From the IMG/VR virus record IMGVR_UViG_3300011339_000196, positions 1-30,724 of that record: a stretch of 30,724 bases of DNA; one strand, 5' to 3'. The stretch is from a virus (taxonomy: Duplodnaviria; Caudoviricetes). Made by a program: the position numbers and the translations under genes. Under the pieces are notes generated by a model, which searched no databases, was not told where the DNA came from, and was given only the letters and a program-made list of their open reading frames with translations. Of the stretch, positions 1 to 7,057 are shown in pieces. Each line of letters begins with the position of its first letter. Within the stretch, counting starts at the first letter, position 1.

Positions 1-2
1 TA

Positions 3-287
3 GCCAGAATCAAAAAGCGGGATGACTGCTCAGTTGAAAGTTTTACGCCAAGCATTAGGGACGCATCGGGCATGGTGCATGAGGCGACTACCACGGCAAG
101 TAAATTTAGCGGCCCCGCTGGGCCAACAATTGACACGTTTTCCTACCAGCTCACGATGGTGCAAAAAGAAAAGATTGCACCCGGCACAGCCACTCTGCTG
201 GCAACGATTAAATACAAATGCCCAGAGGGGGAACGAGTGGTGCAGTACCCTCGCCATGCAAATCTGAGTTTTAATTTAGGAGGTTAA
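3..287 (+). CDS. Hypothetical protein, 5'-truncated by the window edge, upstream of holin
   Basis: Frame of track ORF 72..287 is open back to base 3 (ARIKKRDDCSVESFTPSIRDASGMVHE...); its 3' end carries the holin SD (AGGAGG). Confidence 0.7.
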   Translation, partial: ARIKKRDDCSVESFTPSIRDASGMVHEATTTASKFSGPAGPTIDTFSYQLTMVQKEKIAPGTATLLATIKYKCPEGERVVQYPRHANLSFNLGG

Positions 288-289
288 CT

Positions 290-676
290 ATGTTGGGACT
301 AGACGCTATCCTTGGCATCGGCGGCAAGCTGATTGACAAACTAATCCCTGACCCTGCTGCCCAAGACGCCGCACGGTTAGAGTTGCTTAAACTGCAACAG
401 TCAGGCGAACTGGCAGCAATGACTGCCCAGACCGAGATCAACAAAGCCGAGGCCAGCAACCCGTCTGTGTTTGTCAGCGGCTGGCGTCCAGCAATCGGCT
501 GGGTCTGCGCCTTGGCAATGGGGTATCAGTATCTGGCTCGGCCCCTGCTGGTTGCCTTTATGCCTGCGCTGGCCTTCCCCGGCCTTGATGACAACCTGTG
601 GCAGTTGATGATGGGTATGCTTGGCTTGGGCGGTCTAAGGACGTTTGAGAAGACCCAAGGCGTAGCATCAAAATGA
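290..676 (+). CDS. Holin, 3TM (GTA_holin_3TM-like)
   Basis: FVSGWRPAIGWVC and MLGLGGLRTFEK motifs, hydrophobic segments, ATGA overlap with endolysin. Confidence 0.85.
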   Translation: MLGLDAILGIGGKLIDKLIPDPAAQDAARLELLKLQQSGELAAMTAQTEINKAEASNPSVFVSGWRPAIGWVCALAMGYQYLARPLLVAFMPALAFPGLDDNLWQLMMGMLGLGGLRTFEKTQGVASK

Positions 677-1077
677 CCCCGCATTTCACACTTAAGGAAC
701 TGACGCACACTGACCACCGGCTGCTGGACAACACGCCGAACGCGCAGGAGTTGGCAAACCTTAAGCGGCTGGCAGAATTTCTGGAGACTGTCAAAACTAC
801 GCTAGGCGGCAAGCCAATAATGATCAACTCAGCGTTTCGCTCCAAAGCAGTGAATGACGCTGTGGGCAGCAAAGATACCTCTCAGCATAGGCTAGGGTTA
901 GCTGCTGACTTCCGAGTGCCTGGGATGGTTCCTGATGCCGTTGTGAGGGCGTTGCTGCACTTGCCCTATGACCAGATCATCCGCGAGTATGACGCCTGGA
1001 CGCACATCAGCATCAGCGACAAGCCTCGGCGTCAGGCGCTAATCATTGACCGCAGCAGCACACGTTTGTTTGCGTAG
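673..1077 (+). CDS. Endolysin, peptidase M15A family
   Basis: HFTLKEL N-terminus, INSAFRS, SQHxxGLAAD and WTHIS zinc-binding motifs; follows holin. Confidence 0.9.
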   Translation: MTPHFTLKELTHTDHRLLDNTPNAQELANLKRLAEFLETVKTTLGGKPIMINSAFRSKAVNDAVGSKDTSQHRLGLAADFRVPGMVPDAVVRALLHLPYDQIIREYDAWTHISISDKPRRQALIIDRSSTRLFA

Positions 1078-1215
1078 CAGGCTCATAGCATCCCGCAAGT
1101 CTTGACGTAGCTGCTCAAGCGCCTCTTGTTGGGCTTGAAGTCTTAGGTAAGCGTCCAGGGCGAACCTGTCCAGCGTCGTTCGCTCCCAGGCTGCAAAGTT
1201 AGGCAGATCGCTCAT
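1039..1215 (-). CDS. Hypothetical coiled-coil protein (58 aa), last gene of leftward operon
   Basis: ATG at 1215 overlaps stop of upstream ORF (ATGA); converges on endolysin with 39-nt overlap. Confidence 0.7.
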   Translation of the reverse strand: MSDLPNFAAWERTTLDRFALDAYLRLQAQQEALEQLRQDLRDAMSLLRKQTCAAAVND

Positions 1216-1640
1216 TGTTTGCCTTGATGAACATTCCAATCTGTTTTTTGGTTTCGTTTGCTGTATTTGGTAATATGAAATTCATTTCTTTTTTTGTTAA
1301 CTTGTAACGCGTTATATTCTTTCTTAAGATCGCTATCTTGTAATTTATTTATTTCGGTATCGTAGTCTGACTTTTTTAATTTTTGCAAAAGCGGTACGTC
1401 TTTTTCTGGAGGTTGATCCCAAAGACGTTTGCTAATTTTGCTAAGGTGATTACTCACAAAAACCCGAATGCCAATTTTCCACGGATACCCAAGTTTGGGA
1501 ACACGTTTAAGGTGTGGAACTTCTTGTACAAAATCTTTCTTTGTTATGTCCTGAAACATTTGGATTGCGTCAATTACAGTCCCCGCTTGACGCCATGTGC
1601 GTATTAAACAAGCATCCCAGTATTCTTGATCTGTACTCAT
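1212..1640 (-). CDS. Hypothetical protein (AT-rich, Lys-rich)
   Basis: 142-aa ORF with ATGA overlaps at both ends. Confidence 0.75.
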   Translation of the reverse strand: MSTDQEYWDACLIRTWRQAGTVIDAIQMFQDITKKDFVQEVPHLKRVPKLGYPWKIGIRVFVSNHLSKISKRLWDQPPEKDVPLLQKLKKSDYDTEINKLQDSDLKKEYNALQVNKKRNEFHITKYSKRNQKTDWNVHQGKQ

Positions 1641-1819
1641 GTTTTTTCCTTATTAATCTGATTCCTTATCCACTGTGGGCCACCGAGTTGTAGCAGCTTA
1701 ACGCGCTGGCTCTTGGTCAGACGCAGTGAGTAGACCACCATCAGATCGGCGTCAGCTTTCTCTTTTCGCCACTTGATCTCGCGCTCAATGCGCTCAAACT
1801 CGTCGTCTTCAGTGATCAT
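1637..1819 (-). CDS. Small protein, possible ribbon-helix-helix DNA-binding
   Basis: VVYSLRLT beta-strand pattern followed by helices (KLLQLGGPQWIRNQI); coupled in operon. Confidence 0.6.
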   Translation of the reverse strand: MITEDDEFERIEREIKWRKEKADADLMVVYSLRLTKSQRVKLLQLGGPQWIRNQINKEKT

Positions 1820-2180
1820 TTTTAGCTTTCAGTTTGGCTTCTGCCCATAAAGCGCCAAGAGCAAAATAAACCCCGTGATCGTCCTTCTTAGCTTGATAGT
1901 CAATCTCCGTGTCCGTCAGCCCCTGCCACGGGCGCTGCGCTGCTGGCCGTGCCTTCGTACCCACGCAGTCTTTGTAATGACACGCATCTCCGTCTTGACA
2001 AGGGCATCGAGGGTCTTTTCCTACACATGACTCGGCTTGCTGCTCTGGCTGTGCTGCCTTCTTGCCGTCGGCAAACCCCCGCTGGTACACAATCAGCAGC
2101 GTGTCGGCATACACCTGCGTGTCGTTGTCATCGTCCATCTTGGCTTTTGCTGCATTGCGCTTTGAATAAAATCCTGTCAT
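1809..2180 (-). CDS. Hypothetical mosaic early protein with Cys-rich segment
   Basis: ATG at 2180 overlaps upstream stop; CVGKDPRCPCQDGDACHY motif; C-terminal RPWQGLTD..EAKLKAKN module. Confidence 0.7.
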   Translation of the reverse strand: MTGFYSKRNAAKAKMDDDNDTQVYADTLLIVYQRGFADGKKAAQPEQQAESCVGKDPRCPCQDGDACHYKDCVGTKARPAAQRPWQGLTDTEIDYQAKKDDHGVYFALGALWAEAKLKAKNDH

Positions 2181-2410
2181 GTGTTTCCCCTTGCTCTGAT
2201 AGCGTAAGCACAAGCATCTGCAACATTTTCTGCGCTTACTTCATGTGCTTGTTGGTACTTCCGCGCAATGTCTTCTACCGCCATCTCGCAAGCCTCACGC
2301 TCATGCTTGGCAACAAGGTTGGCAAAGCGGTATCGTGTAAAGTCCTCACCGTTTTTAACGGCTGTTTCTGTAGCTTGATGCCAAAGTTTGTCAATGTCAT
2401 CTTTAGTCAT
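2177..2410 (-). CDS. Hypothetical phage early protein (EREAC...AIRARG type)
   Basis: ATG at 2410 in ATGA overlap; FANLVAKHEREAC and AIRARG motifs typical of small phage ORFs. Confidence 0.75.
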   Translation of the reverse strand: MTKDDIDKLWHQATETAVKNGEDFTRYRFANLVAKHEREACEMAVEDIARKYQQAHEVSAENVADACAYAIRARGNT

Positions 2411-2526
2411 AGCAGATACCCAATAAAGAAGGCGAATGCCGCTGTTGAGATGGCGGTGATGAGTACCACAATGCCAGCCTCCAGCCACGGGTTCATGTAC
2501 AGGTCTTCTACTTCATCGTCTTTCAT
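2407..2526 (-). CDS. Small membrane protein (39 aa), not in ORF track
   Basis: MKDDEVEDLYMNPWLEAGIVVLITAISTAAFAFFIGYLL; ATGA overlaps on both sides; GGAG upstream. Confidence 0.75.
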   Translation of the reverse strand: MKDDEVEDLYMNPWLEAGIVVLITAISTAAFAFFIGYLL

Positions 2527-2735
2527 TTGGTTTCTCCTTTAGCTATTGCGGCACGGGCTTTTTGTCCCCATGTCATCTGTTCGTTTTCTTCCCACGACAT
2601 AATTTCCTTCATCACCGCCAGCAGTTCCTGATTCACCTCATGGAGTCGGCGTAGTTCGGCGGCGGCATCTGCGTGAGCCTGCAAAACACTACGGTCAAGT
2701 ATGTCAGCCAGCCTCAAGGCTTCTGGTTGTGTCAT
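2523..2735 (-). CDS. Hypothetical phage early protein
   Basis: QPEALRLAD / AAAELRRLH / ARAAIAK motifs; ATGA coupled. Confidence 0.8.
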   Translation of the reverse strand: MTQPEALRLADILDRSVLQAHADAAAELRRLHEVNQELLAVMKEIMSWEENEQMTWGQKARAAIAKGETK

Positions 2736-2956
2736 GCTTCCCTCGCTTTCAGCATGGCGTCGGCCAATTTGTACGAATTCGCCGCAACTGTCTTTTCCTC
2801 GTACTCAAGATACCCGTTTGAATCACCATTTGCCGCAAGCATTCCCTGCATAGCCTTCGCCGCAAAGTAATCGCGCAGGGTCATGCCTTGATTTGGGTCG
2901 CCCCAATGCTCCAAGGGCTTTGTTGTTGGAAACGCTGGGCCTCCTGTGTTGTTCAT
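2732..2956 (-). CDS. Conserved small phage protein (GGPAFP...GMTLRDYFAAKAMQ family)
   Basis: Family motif recognised; AAGGAG SD upstream of ATG at 2956. Confidence 0.8.
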   Translation of the reverse strand: MNNTGGPAFPTTKPLEHWGDPNQGMTLRDYFAAKAMQGMLAANGDSNGYLEYEEKTVAANSYKLADAMLKAREA

Positions 2957-2966
2957 GTCAACTCCT

Positions 2967-3206
2967 TCAAAATGGAATGTCGCTATCTTCATCTTTTGGC
3001 AAGCCCTGGTACTCTTTCGGCTTTGGGTCATTCAGATATGCCCAGCCATCCCAACCGCCTTCACGCAACGGAATAACGTCCAACTTAAGCATTTCCCCCC
3101 GTTGCGTCTGGATGATTGAGCCAATTCGCTGATAGCGGTTCTTTTGTTGGCCCTGGCCGTTGGTGTATGTGCCGACTACGCAGCTGATTTCTTTTGTGAT
3201 TGCCAT
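2967..3206 (-). CDS. Small single-stranded DNA-binding protein (putative)
   Basis: Acidic C-terminal tail DEDSDIPF like bacterial SSB-Ct; directly downstream of exonuclease and ERF. Confidence 0.7.
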   Translation of the reverse strand: MAITKEISCVVGTYTNGQGQQKNRYQRIGSIIQTQRGEMLKLDVIPLREGGWDGWAYLNDPKPKEYQGLPKDEDSDIPF

Positions 3207-3214
3207 GATTTCTT

Positions 3215-3850
3215 TCAATAAGAGTAAGTGTGTTGATTGCTGATTTCTTGAATAACCTGGTCGTAATAAACCCTGGCCGCTTCTACCTTCACTTTGATCT
3301 TGTCTTCCATCACCGTGTCTCTGACGTATGGAACAACGGTCACGCGCAACTCGCGGTTGATGTGATCAACCTGGTGCAGTGATTTGTTCTCCCAGCCAAT
3401 CAGATCCGCAGGAGTGCTGACCAGGCAGTAAGCAATGTCTGCCCGTGGCTTGTCCCACAACCACATATAAGCGCGTAGCTGCCATTCGTAGCCCTTGTCT
3501 TCACCTTGTTCACCCAGCACCGGGAAGGTGGTCAGACACCAGCTTGATTTAATGTCAATGATGCGGTCATCAGCAACAATGTCAGCCTCGCCAGTGATCC
3601 ATGCGTTATTACGGCGCTCGGTGTTCTTTGCATGGCTGGTCAGGTGGACAGCGTTGTACAGATCAATGGATTCGTCCTCAACCTGGATGCCCTTGTCCAT
3701 GTACTTGCTGGTGACCCGTTCGTCGTAGCCGTAAATAAACTCTTTGGCCAGCTTGGTCACGTAAGTCTTAGCGCCGACAGACAGTTCATCTTTGCCCTTG
3801 CCGTCGGTCATGATTGCGCTCAGTGCGCTGGCGCGAAATAGGATGCTCAT
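3215..3850 (-). CDS. YqaJ/lambda-exonuclease-like PD-(D/E)xK nuclease
   Basis: GEADIV..IIDIKS catalytic motifs and YEWQLRAYM; adjacent to ERF. Confidence 0.85.
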   Translation of the reverse strand: MSILFRASALSAIMTDGKGKDELSVGAKTYVTKLAKEFIYGYDERVTSKYMDKGIQVEDESIDLYNAVHLTSHAKNTERRNNAWITGEADIVADDRIIDIKSSWCLTTFPVLGEQGEDKGYEWQLRAYMWLWDKPRADIAYCLVSTPADLIGWENKSLHQVDHINRELRVTVVPYVRDTVMEDKIKVKVEAARVYYDQVIQEISNQHTYSY

Positions 3851-4392
3851 AGTGTTGCCTTTCTTGCGTCTTTGGCCTTGGTGATTCGATCACGGGCGTC
3901 GGCATCATCACCCACTGTTTTGATTCCCTTGAAAAAGGCTTCTTTGAGTTGTTCATGCGTAAAGCAATCAGCAATGTCTGCCAGTAGTGCTTTGATGGTG
4001 GCGTCTGTTGCTTTGGCTGGCTTTGATCCAGCGTTGCCATCGTCATCCTCGGGCGCTATGCCGCAAGCTGCCATTAAGCTGTATCGACGCGCATAAGTTA
4101 GAGCAGAGCCATACCCCTGCGGATCGTGTTTGGCAGCGGGTACGTGCAGTTTGCCGCACTCCAGCATTTCACCGCTTTCATGCACAAACACGGTTTCCAC
4201 GGTTACACCGTTATCGTCCAGGCTGTTGCGCTGGATGAGTGCTATGCCGTTGTCGTTTAAACCGCCTATGACAGCTTCAACGCAAGCGGCAAGGTCAGCG
4301 TACCGGCTTTTGAAATGCGGGTTCGTAGCGGTCTTTAGAGCAGGCCCAAAGGCCTTTTGTGCTTTCACCAAAGCAGAGGCTATCTGTTTCAT
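3847..4392 (-). CDS. erf: ERF-family single-strand annealing recombinase
   Basis: NPHFKSRYADL, HESGE, PQGYGSALTYARRYSL and EDDDG motifs. Confidence 0.93.
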   Translation of the reverse strand: MKQIASALVKAQKAFGPALKTATNPHFKSRYADLAACVEAVIGGLNDNGIALIQRNSLDDNGVTVETVFVHESGEMLECGKLHVPAAKHDPQGYGSALTYARRYSLMAACGIAPEDDDGNAGSKPAKATDATIKALLADIADCFTHEQLKEAFFKGIKTVGDDADARDRITKAKDARKATL

Positions 4393-4577
4393 GTTGTTGT
4401 TTCCTTGATTTCCAATGGTTCTTTGTTTTCAGAAAACAGGTTAATTTCTGTCCTGTTGCCTTTGTCATCAGTAATAGTCAGCTTACGCCGCCAGAAAATA
4501 CCGCCCGTGCTGGTGGTCAATGCATTTGTCTCGGTCAACTCCAAGGTCGTGATTCGGTGAAGCATGATGGTTGTCAT
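4389..4577 (-). CDS. Hypothetical protein (62 aa)
   Basis: ATG at 4577 just after upstream stop with AAGG SD; stop overlaps erf start. Confidence 0.65.
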   Translation of the reverse strand: MTTIMLHRITTLELTETNALTTSTGGIFWRRKLTITDDKGNRTEINLFSENKEPLEIKETTT

Positions 4578-4578
4578 T

Positions 4579-4773
4579 TCATTTCCTTTCGTATGCAAGT
4601 TCGATTTCCAACTCTTTGATATGCTCATTGGCGTTAGCCAGCAGGTACGACATTTCCCGCAGCTTGCTATGCAGCATCCCCACTTCAAACGCCAGCCGGT
4701 CTTCAGCGGCAGCGCCTTCGTAGGCACGATTCGCAATGTCCGTGATTCCGGACAAAATATCTTCGATTTTCAC
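4579..4773 (-). CDS. Hypothetical helical protein (64 aa)
   Basis: GTG at 4773 in GTGA overlap with upstream stop; DRLAFEVGML motif. Confidence 0.7.
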   Translation of the reverse strand: MKIEDILSGITDIANRAYEGAAAEDRLAFEVGMLHSKLREMSYLLANANEHIKELEIELAYERK

Positions 4774-5039
4774 AATTGCACTTTCTGGGTCTTGTGACCC
4801 CGTTTGGTAAAACATTGGACAGCTCCGTTCTCCAGCAACTTCCACCCCGAGTTCTCGCCACACATCTGTTGTGCAGCCTTCTCAAACCTCGCCAGAGCCG
4901 CCTGCTCACGCTGAGTAGCTTTGGCATCAGCCGCAGCATCAATTGCAGCCTGGTGATCGCTAGGGCCGTCCAGCAGGTATGCGGTGGACAGCACCAGTGC
5001 AGCCAAAGCAGCAAGACCCCAATTGATTGCGTGATTCAT
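4770..5039 (-). CDS. Membrane-anchored/exported small protein
   Basis: N-terminal hydrophobic helix, Ala-rich helix, Cys pair (MCGENSGW..VQCF). Confidence 0.75.
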   Translation of the reverse strand: MNHAINWGLAALAALVLSTAYLLDGPSDHQAAIDAAADAKATQREQAALARFEKAAQQMCGENSGWKLLENGAVQCFTKRGHKTQKVQL

Positions 5040-5368
5040 TCGGCATCCCTCCGGTTTTCGTAGCGTTCCTGCCCACGGTCATACTTATCGTCTTCCGCTT
5101 TGGTTTCCATATCCCCAAGCGCTTCTTCCTCAATGGTTGCAACCCAATCGCCTAACACCTCGCTGATATCAACGCCTTCAACCAAGGCCCAGATCAACTC
5201 AACGGCTGCTGCGCTGCCAGGATGATCGTAGGTGGCGCGCTCCTCTGCTTCAAAAGCCAAATAGCAATCCAGCACAAGACCGCCAGCTGTCTCGAAACGA
5301 TGGTTGTACAGACCATACAGGTCTGCTTTGGTTGGCTTGTAGCCAGTTGTCCAGACGGGAGTTTTCAT
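5036..5368 (-). CDS. Hypothetical acidic protein
   Basis: 110-aa ORF coupled to next gene by ATGA. Confidence 0.75.
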   Translation of the reverse strand: MKTPVWTTGYKPTKADLYGLYNHRFETAGGLVLDCYLAFEAEERATYDHPGSAAAVELIWALVEGVDISEVLGDWVATIEEEALGDMETKAEDDKYDRGQERYENRRDAE

Positions 5369-5380
5369 GATGTTCTTTCA

Positions 5381-5399
5381 GGGGCCGAAGCCCCGTTTT
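5381..5399. terminator. GC hairpin (GGGGC-CGAA-GCCCC + GTTTT on +; cUUCGg tetraloop on -)
   Basis: Perfect 5-bp GC stem in intergenic gap; T tail only on + strand, so it may be a stabilising/processing hairpin on the leftward mRNA. Confidence 0.5.
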
Positions 5400-5401
5400 G
5401 T

Positions 5402-5623
5402 TTAGCTGCGGTCTTGAACAAAGCGGATGGCAGATACGTTGTCTCGAATGGCAACTAACTTAAATCCAACAGGGATGAGGGTTCCATTTTGTGCGCCAAG
5501 CCCGCACCGCATAACAGGGTCTTGCACAATCAAATGACCATCGTTTTCATCGGTTGTGACTTCGTAGCCATTACGCTCAAGATATCCCTTAGCTTCTGTG
5601 ATTTCGCGTTTACTTGTTGTCAT
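5402..5623 (-). CDS. Hypothetical protein, first gene of leftward early operon
   Basis: 73-aa ORF with TAGGA SD, downstream of leftward promoter. Confidence 0.75.
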   Translation of the reverse strand: MTTSKREITEAKGYLERNGYEVTTDENDGHLIVQDPVMRCGLGAQNGTLIPVGFKLVAIRDNVSAIRFVQDRS

Positions 5624-5669
5624 GATGTTTTCCTAAAAAGACCTCTACGTTGTGTTGAGGATTGACGCT

Positions 5670-5697
5670 ATTGTATAGCTAGCTAAACCAGCGTCAA
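5670..5697 (-). promoter_or_regulatory. Leftward sigma70 promoter with operator O1
   Basis: Minus strand TTGACG-16-TACAAT; GTATAGC-TA-GCTAAAC palindrome at 5673-5688; flanking inverted repeat TTGACGCT (5662-5669)/AGCGTCAA (5690-5697). Confidence 0.8.
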
Positions 5698-5752
5698 GCC
5701 TTTTCTGGACTATTTTTATCTTTTTTTCTAGGTACTTTCCCTATGTTCATGT

Positions 5753-5771
5753 GTTAAGCCTGCTATACAAT
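5753..5771 (+). promoter_or_regulatory. Rightward promoter -10 with operator O2
   Basis: GTTAAGC-CT-GCTATAC (5753-5768) overlapping TACAAT (5766-5771); no good -35. Confidence 0.65.
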
Positions 5772-5777
5772 GCTGCG

Positions 5778-5939
5778 ATGCAACCTGATCTAGACACAAT
5801 CATTGCGAGAGCTGGCAGCAAGACCGCACTTGCCAAGCTGCTGGGAGTGACCAAGGCCGCGATCAGTCACTGGAAGGTCATCCCTGAGAAGCGCATTTGG
5901 CAGCTGAAAGTCTTGCGACCAGGGTGGTTTGCAGAGTAA
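5778..5939 (+). CDS. cro: Cro/YdaS-like HTH regulator (53 aa)
   Basis: AGSKTALAKLLGVTKAAISHW HTH followed by IP..R; first gene of rightward operon; ATG at 5778 preferred over track start. Confidence 0.85.
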   Translation: MQPDLDTIIARAGSKTALAKLLGVTKAAISHWKVIPEKRIWQLKVLRPGWFAE

Positions 5940-5942
5940 AAT
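5913..5942 (+). promoter_or_regulatory. Candidate sigma70 promoter inside the cro 3' end
   Basis: TTGCGA-18-TAAAAT, placing +1 at the start of the structured element. Confidence 0.5.
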
Positions 5943-5944
5943 TC

Positions 5945-6000
5945 GGGCATGGCTACCCTTAGCGGGGGAAAAGGCGATTCGTTACCGCCCTGCCAGACCC
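5945..6000 (+). ncRNA. C4-antisense-like structured RNA (three-way junction)
   Basis: Outer stem GGCA/TGCC; hairpins CCC-TTAGC-GGG and GGCG-ATTCGTTAC-CGCC; loops complementary to 6008-6013 and 6026-6032. Confidence 0.6.
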
Positions 6001-6038
6001 ACCTTCAGTAACGGCTGACCTAGAACGTAAGGTTGTCA

Positions 6039-6806
6039 ATGCACTACTACAGTTTCCACATCGGGGACTACAAGTCCCACACCCATCACTTGACGCTGAT
6101 GGAAGACCTGGCCTTCAGGCGACTTCTTGATCACTACTATCTGCACCAGGCGCCGATAAAGCAACGCGACATTGCCCGTCAGATTGGGATGCGCGATCAG
6201 GAGCAGGACGTTCTTACCGTTCTCAATGAGTTCTTTGTCAGCACGGAAGATGGGTTCATCAATCCGAGAGCAGACAAAGAAATAGCCGCCTATTGTTTGA
6301 TGGCAGAGGCTGGAAAACGAGGTGCTGACAAGCGATGGAAGAAGGGAGGGGATAGCCCCCCTATAGCCACCCCATTGCCACCCTTAACACCCCCTAATAG
6401 CAACCATGAACCAGTAACCATTAACCATGAACCATTATTAATACCAGTAGCTAAAGCTACTTTGTCCTCAGCGGGGCTGATGACTTGTCCACAAGATCAG
6501 ATTTTGAAACTTTGGGCAAAGCACTTGCCACACCTGGCGCAGCCGCGAAGCTGGGAGGGTACGCGCAGAGCAACCACCAAACAGCGATGGAACCAGGCCA
6601 GCAGGCCAAGCGCATACAGCCCCGAGGGTTATCAGACAGAGGCTGCAGGCATCAAGTGGTGGGATAGCTTTTTCAACTACATTGCCAGAAACACCAGCTT
6701 GGCAAACGGTTTTGAGTCTGAGGGCAGAACGTGGCGACCAGACTTGGAATGGGTTTTGAACGCCCGTAATTTTCAACGCATCATTGACGGAAAGTACACA
6801 AAATGA
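6039..6806 (+). CDS. Replication initiator, DUF1376/YdaU-type N-terminus (lambda O analogue)
   Basis: MHYYSFHIGDY..T.HL..ED.AFRRLLD.YY N-terminus; C-terminal W..DLEWVL..NF..IIDGKY; internal repeats. Confidence 0.85.
   Translation: MHYYSFHIGDYKSHTHHLTLMEDLAFRRLLDHYYLHQAPIKQRDIARQIGMRDQEQDVLTVLNEFFVSTEDGFINPRADKEIAAYCLMAEAGKRGADKRWKKGGDSPPIATPLPPLTPPNSNHEPVTINHEPLLIPVAKATLSSAGLMTCPQDQILKLWAKHLPHLAQPRSWEGTRRATTKQRWNQASRPSAYSPEGYQTEAAGIKWWDSFFNYIARNTSLANGFESEGRTWRPDLEWVLNARNFQRIIDGKYTK
6352..6461 (+). repeat. Putative replication origin (iterons within initiator gene)
   Basis: Four 11-mers (ATAGCCCCCCT, ATAGCCACCCC, ATTGCCACCCT, TAACACCCCCT), five 7-mers AACCA(TG/GT/TT) at 6402-6436, palindrome AGTAGCT-AA-AGCTACT at 6446-6461. 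Confidence 0.7.
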
Positions 6807-7057
6807 GTTTTGCACCACCAGAATCAAAAAGCAAAGACGATGGCCCTAGCCTGCTGTGCAGCGTCAACGGATGCGGCAACCTGTGGAGCGTTCGAATGGA
6901 CGGGCATATGCCTAAGTGCTCTTTCCACCAGTGGGGCGCAGCCAAGCCAAAGACGGAAAGCACATCGACTTACAAGCAATGGGCAGATCGCCAGCCGCTG
7001 ACGAAACCTGTTGCCGATTGGTATAAACAACCTGACCAGCAAAAGGAGGAATGGTGA
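6803..7057 (+). CDS. Small putative Zn-binding protein
   Basis: CxxxGC...CxxH pattern; ATGA overlap with initiator. Confidence 0.7.
   Translation: MSFAPPESKSKDDGPSLLCSVNGCGNLWSVRMDGHMPKCSFHQWGAAKPKTESTSTYKQWADRQPLTKPVADWYKQPDQQKEEW

Noticed and set aside
1949-2542. 197-aa + strand ORF
   Set aside because: Antisense shadow over a chain of ATGA-coupled minus-strand genes; no motif or SD.
5635-5660. Possible attenuator in the leftward leader (CCTC...GAGG-TCTTTTT on minus strand)
   Set aside because: Only a 4-bp stem with a long loop; too weak to call without comparative data.
6352-6436. Tandem repeats as a CRISPR or mini-array
   Set aside because: No spacers and units of only 7-11 bp; better explained as iterons.
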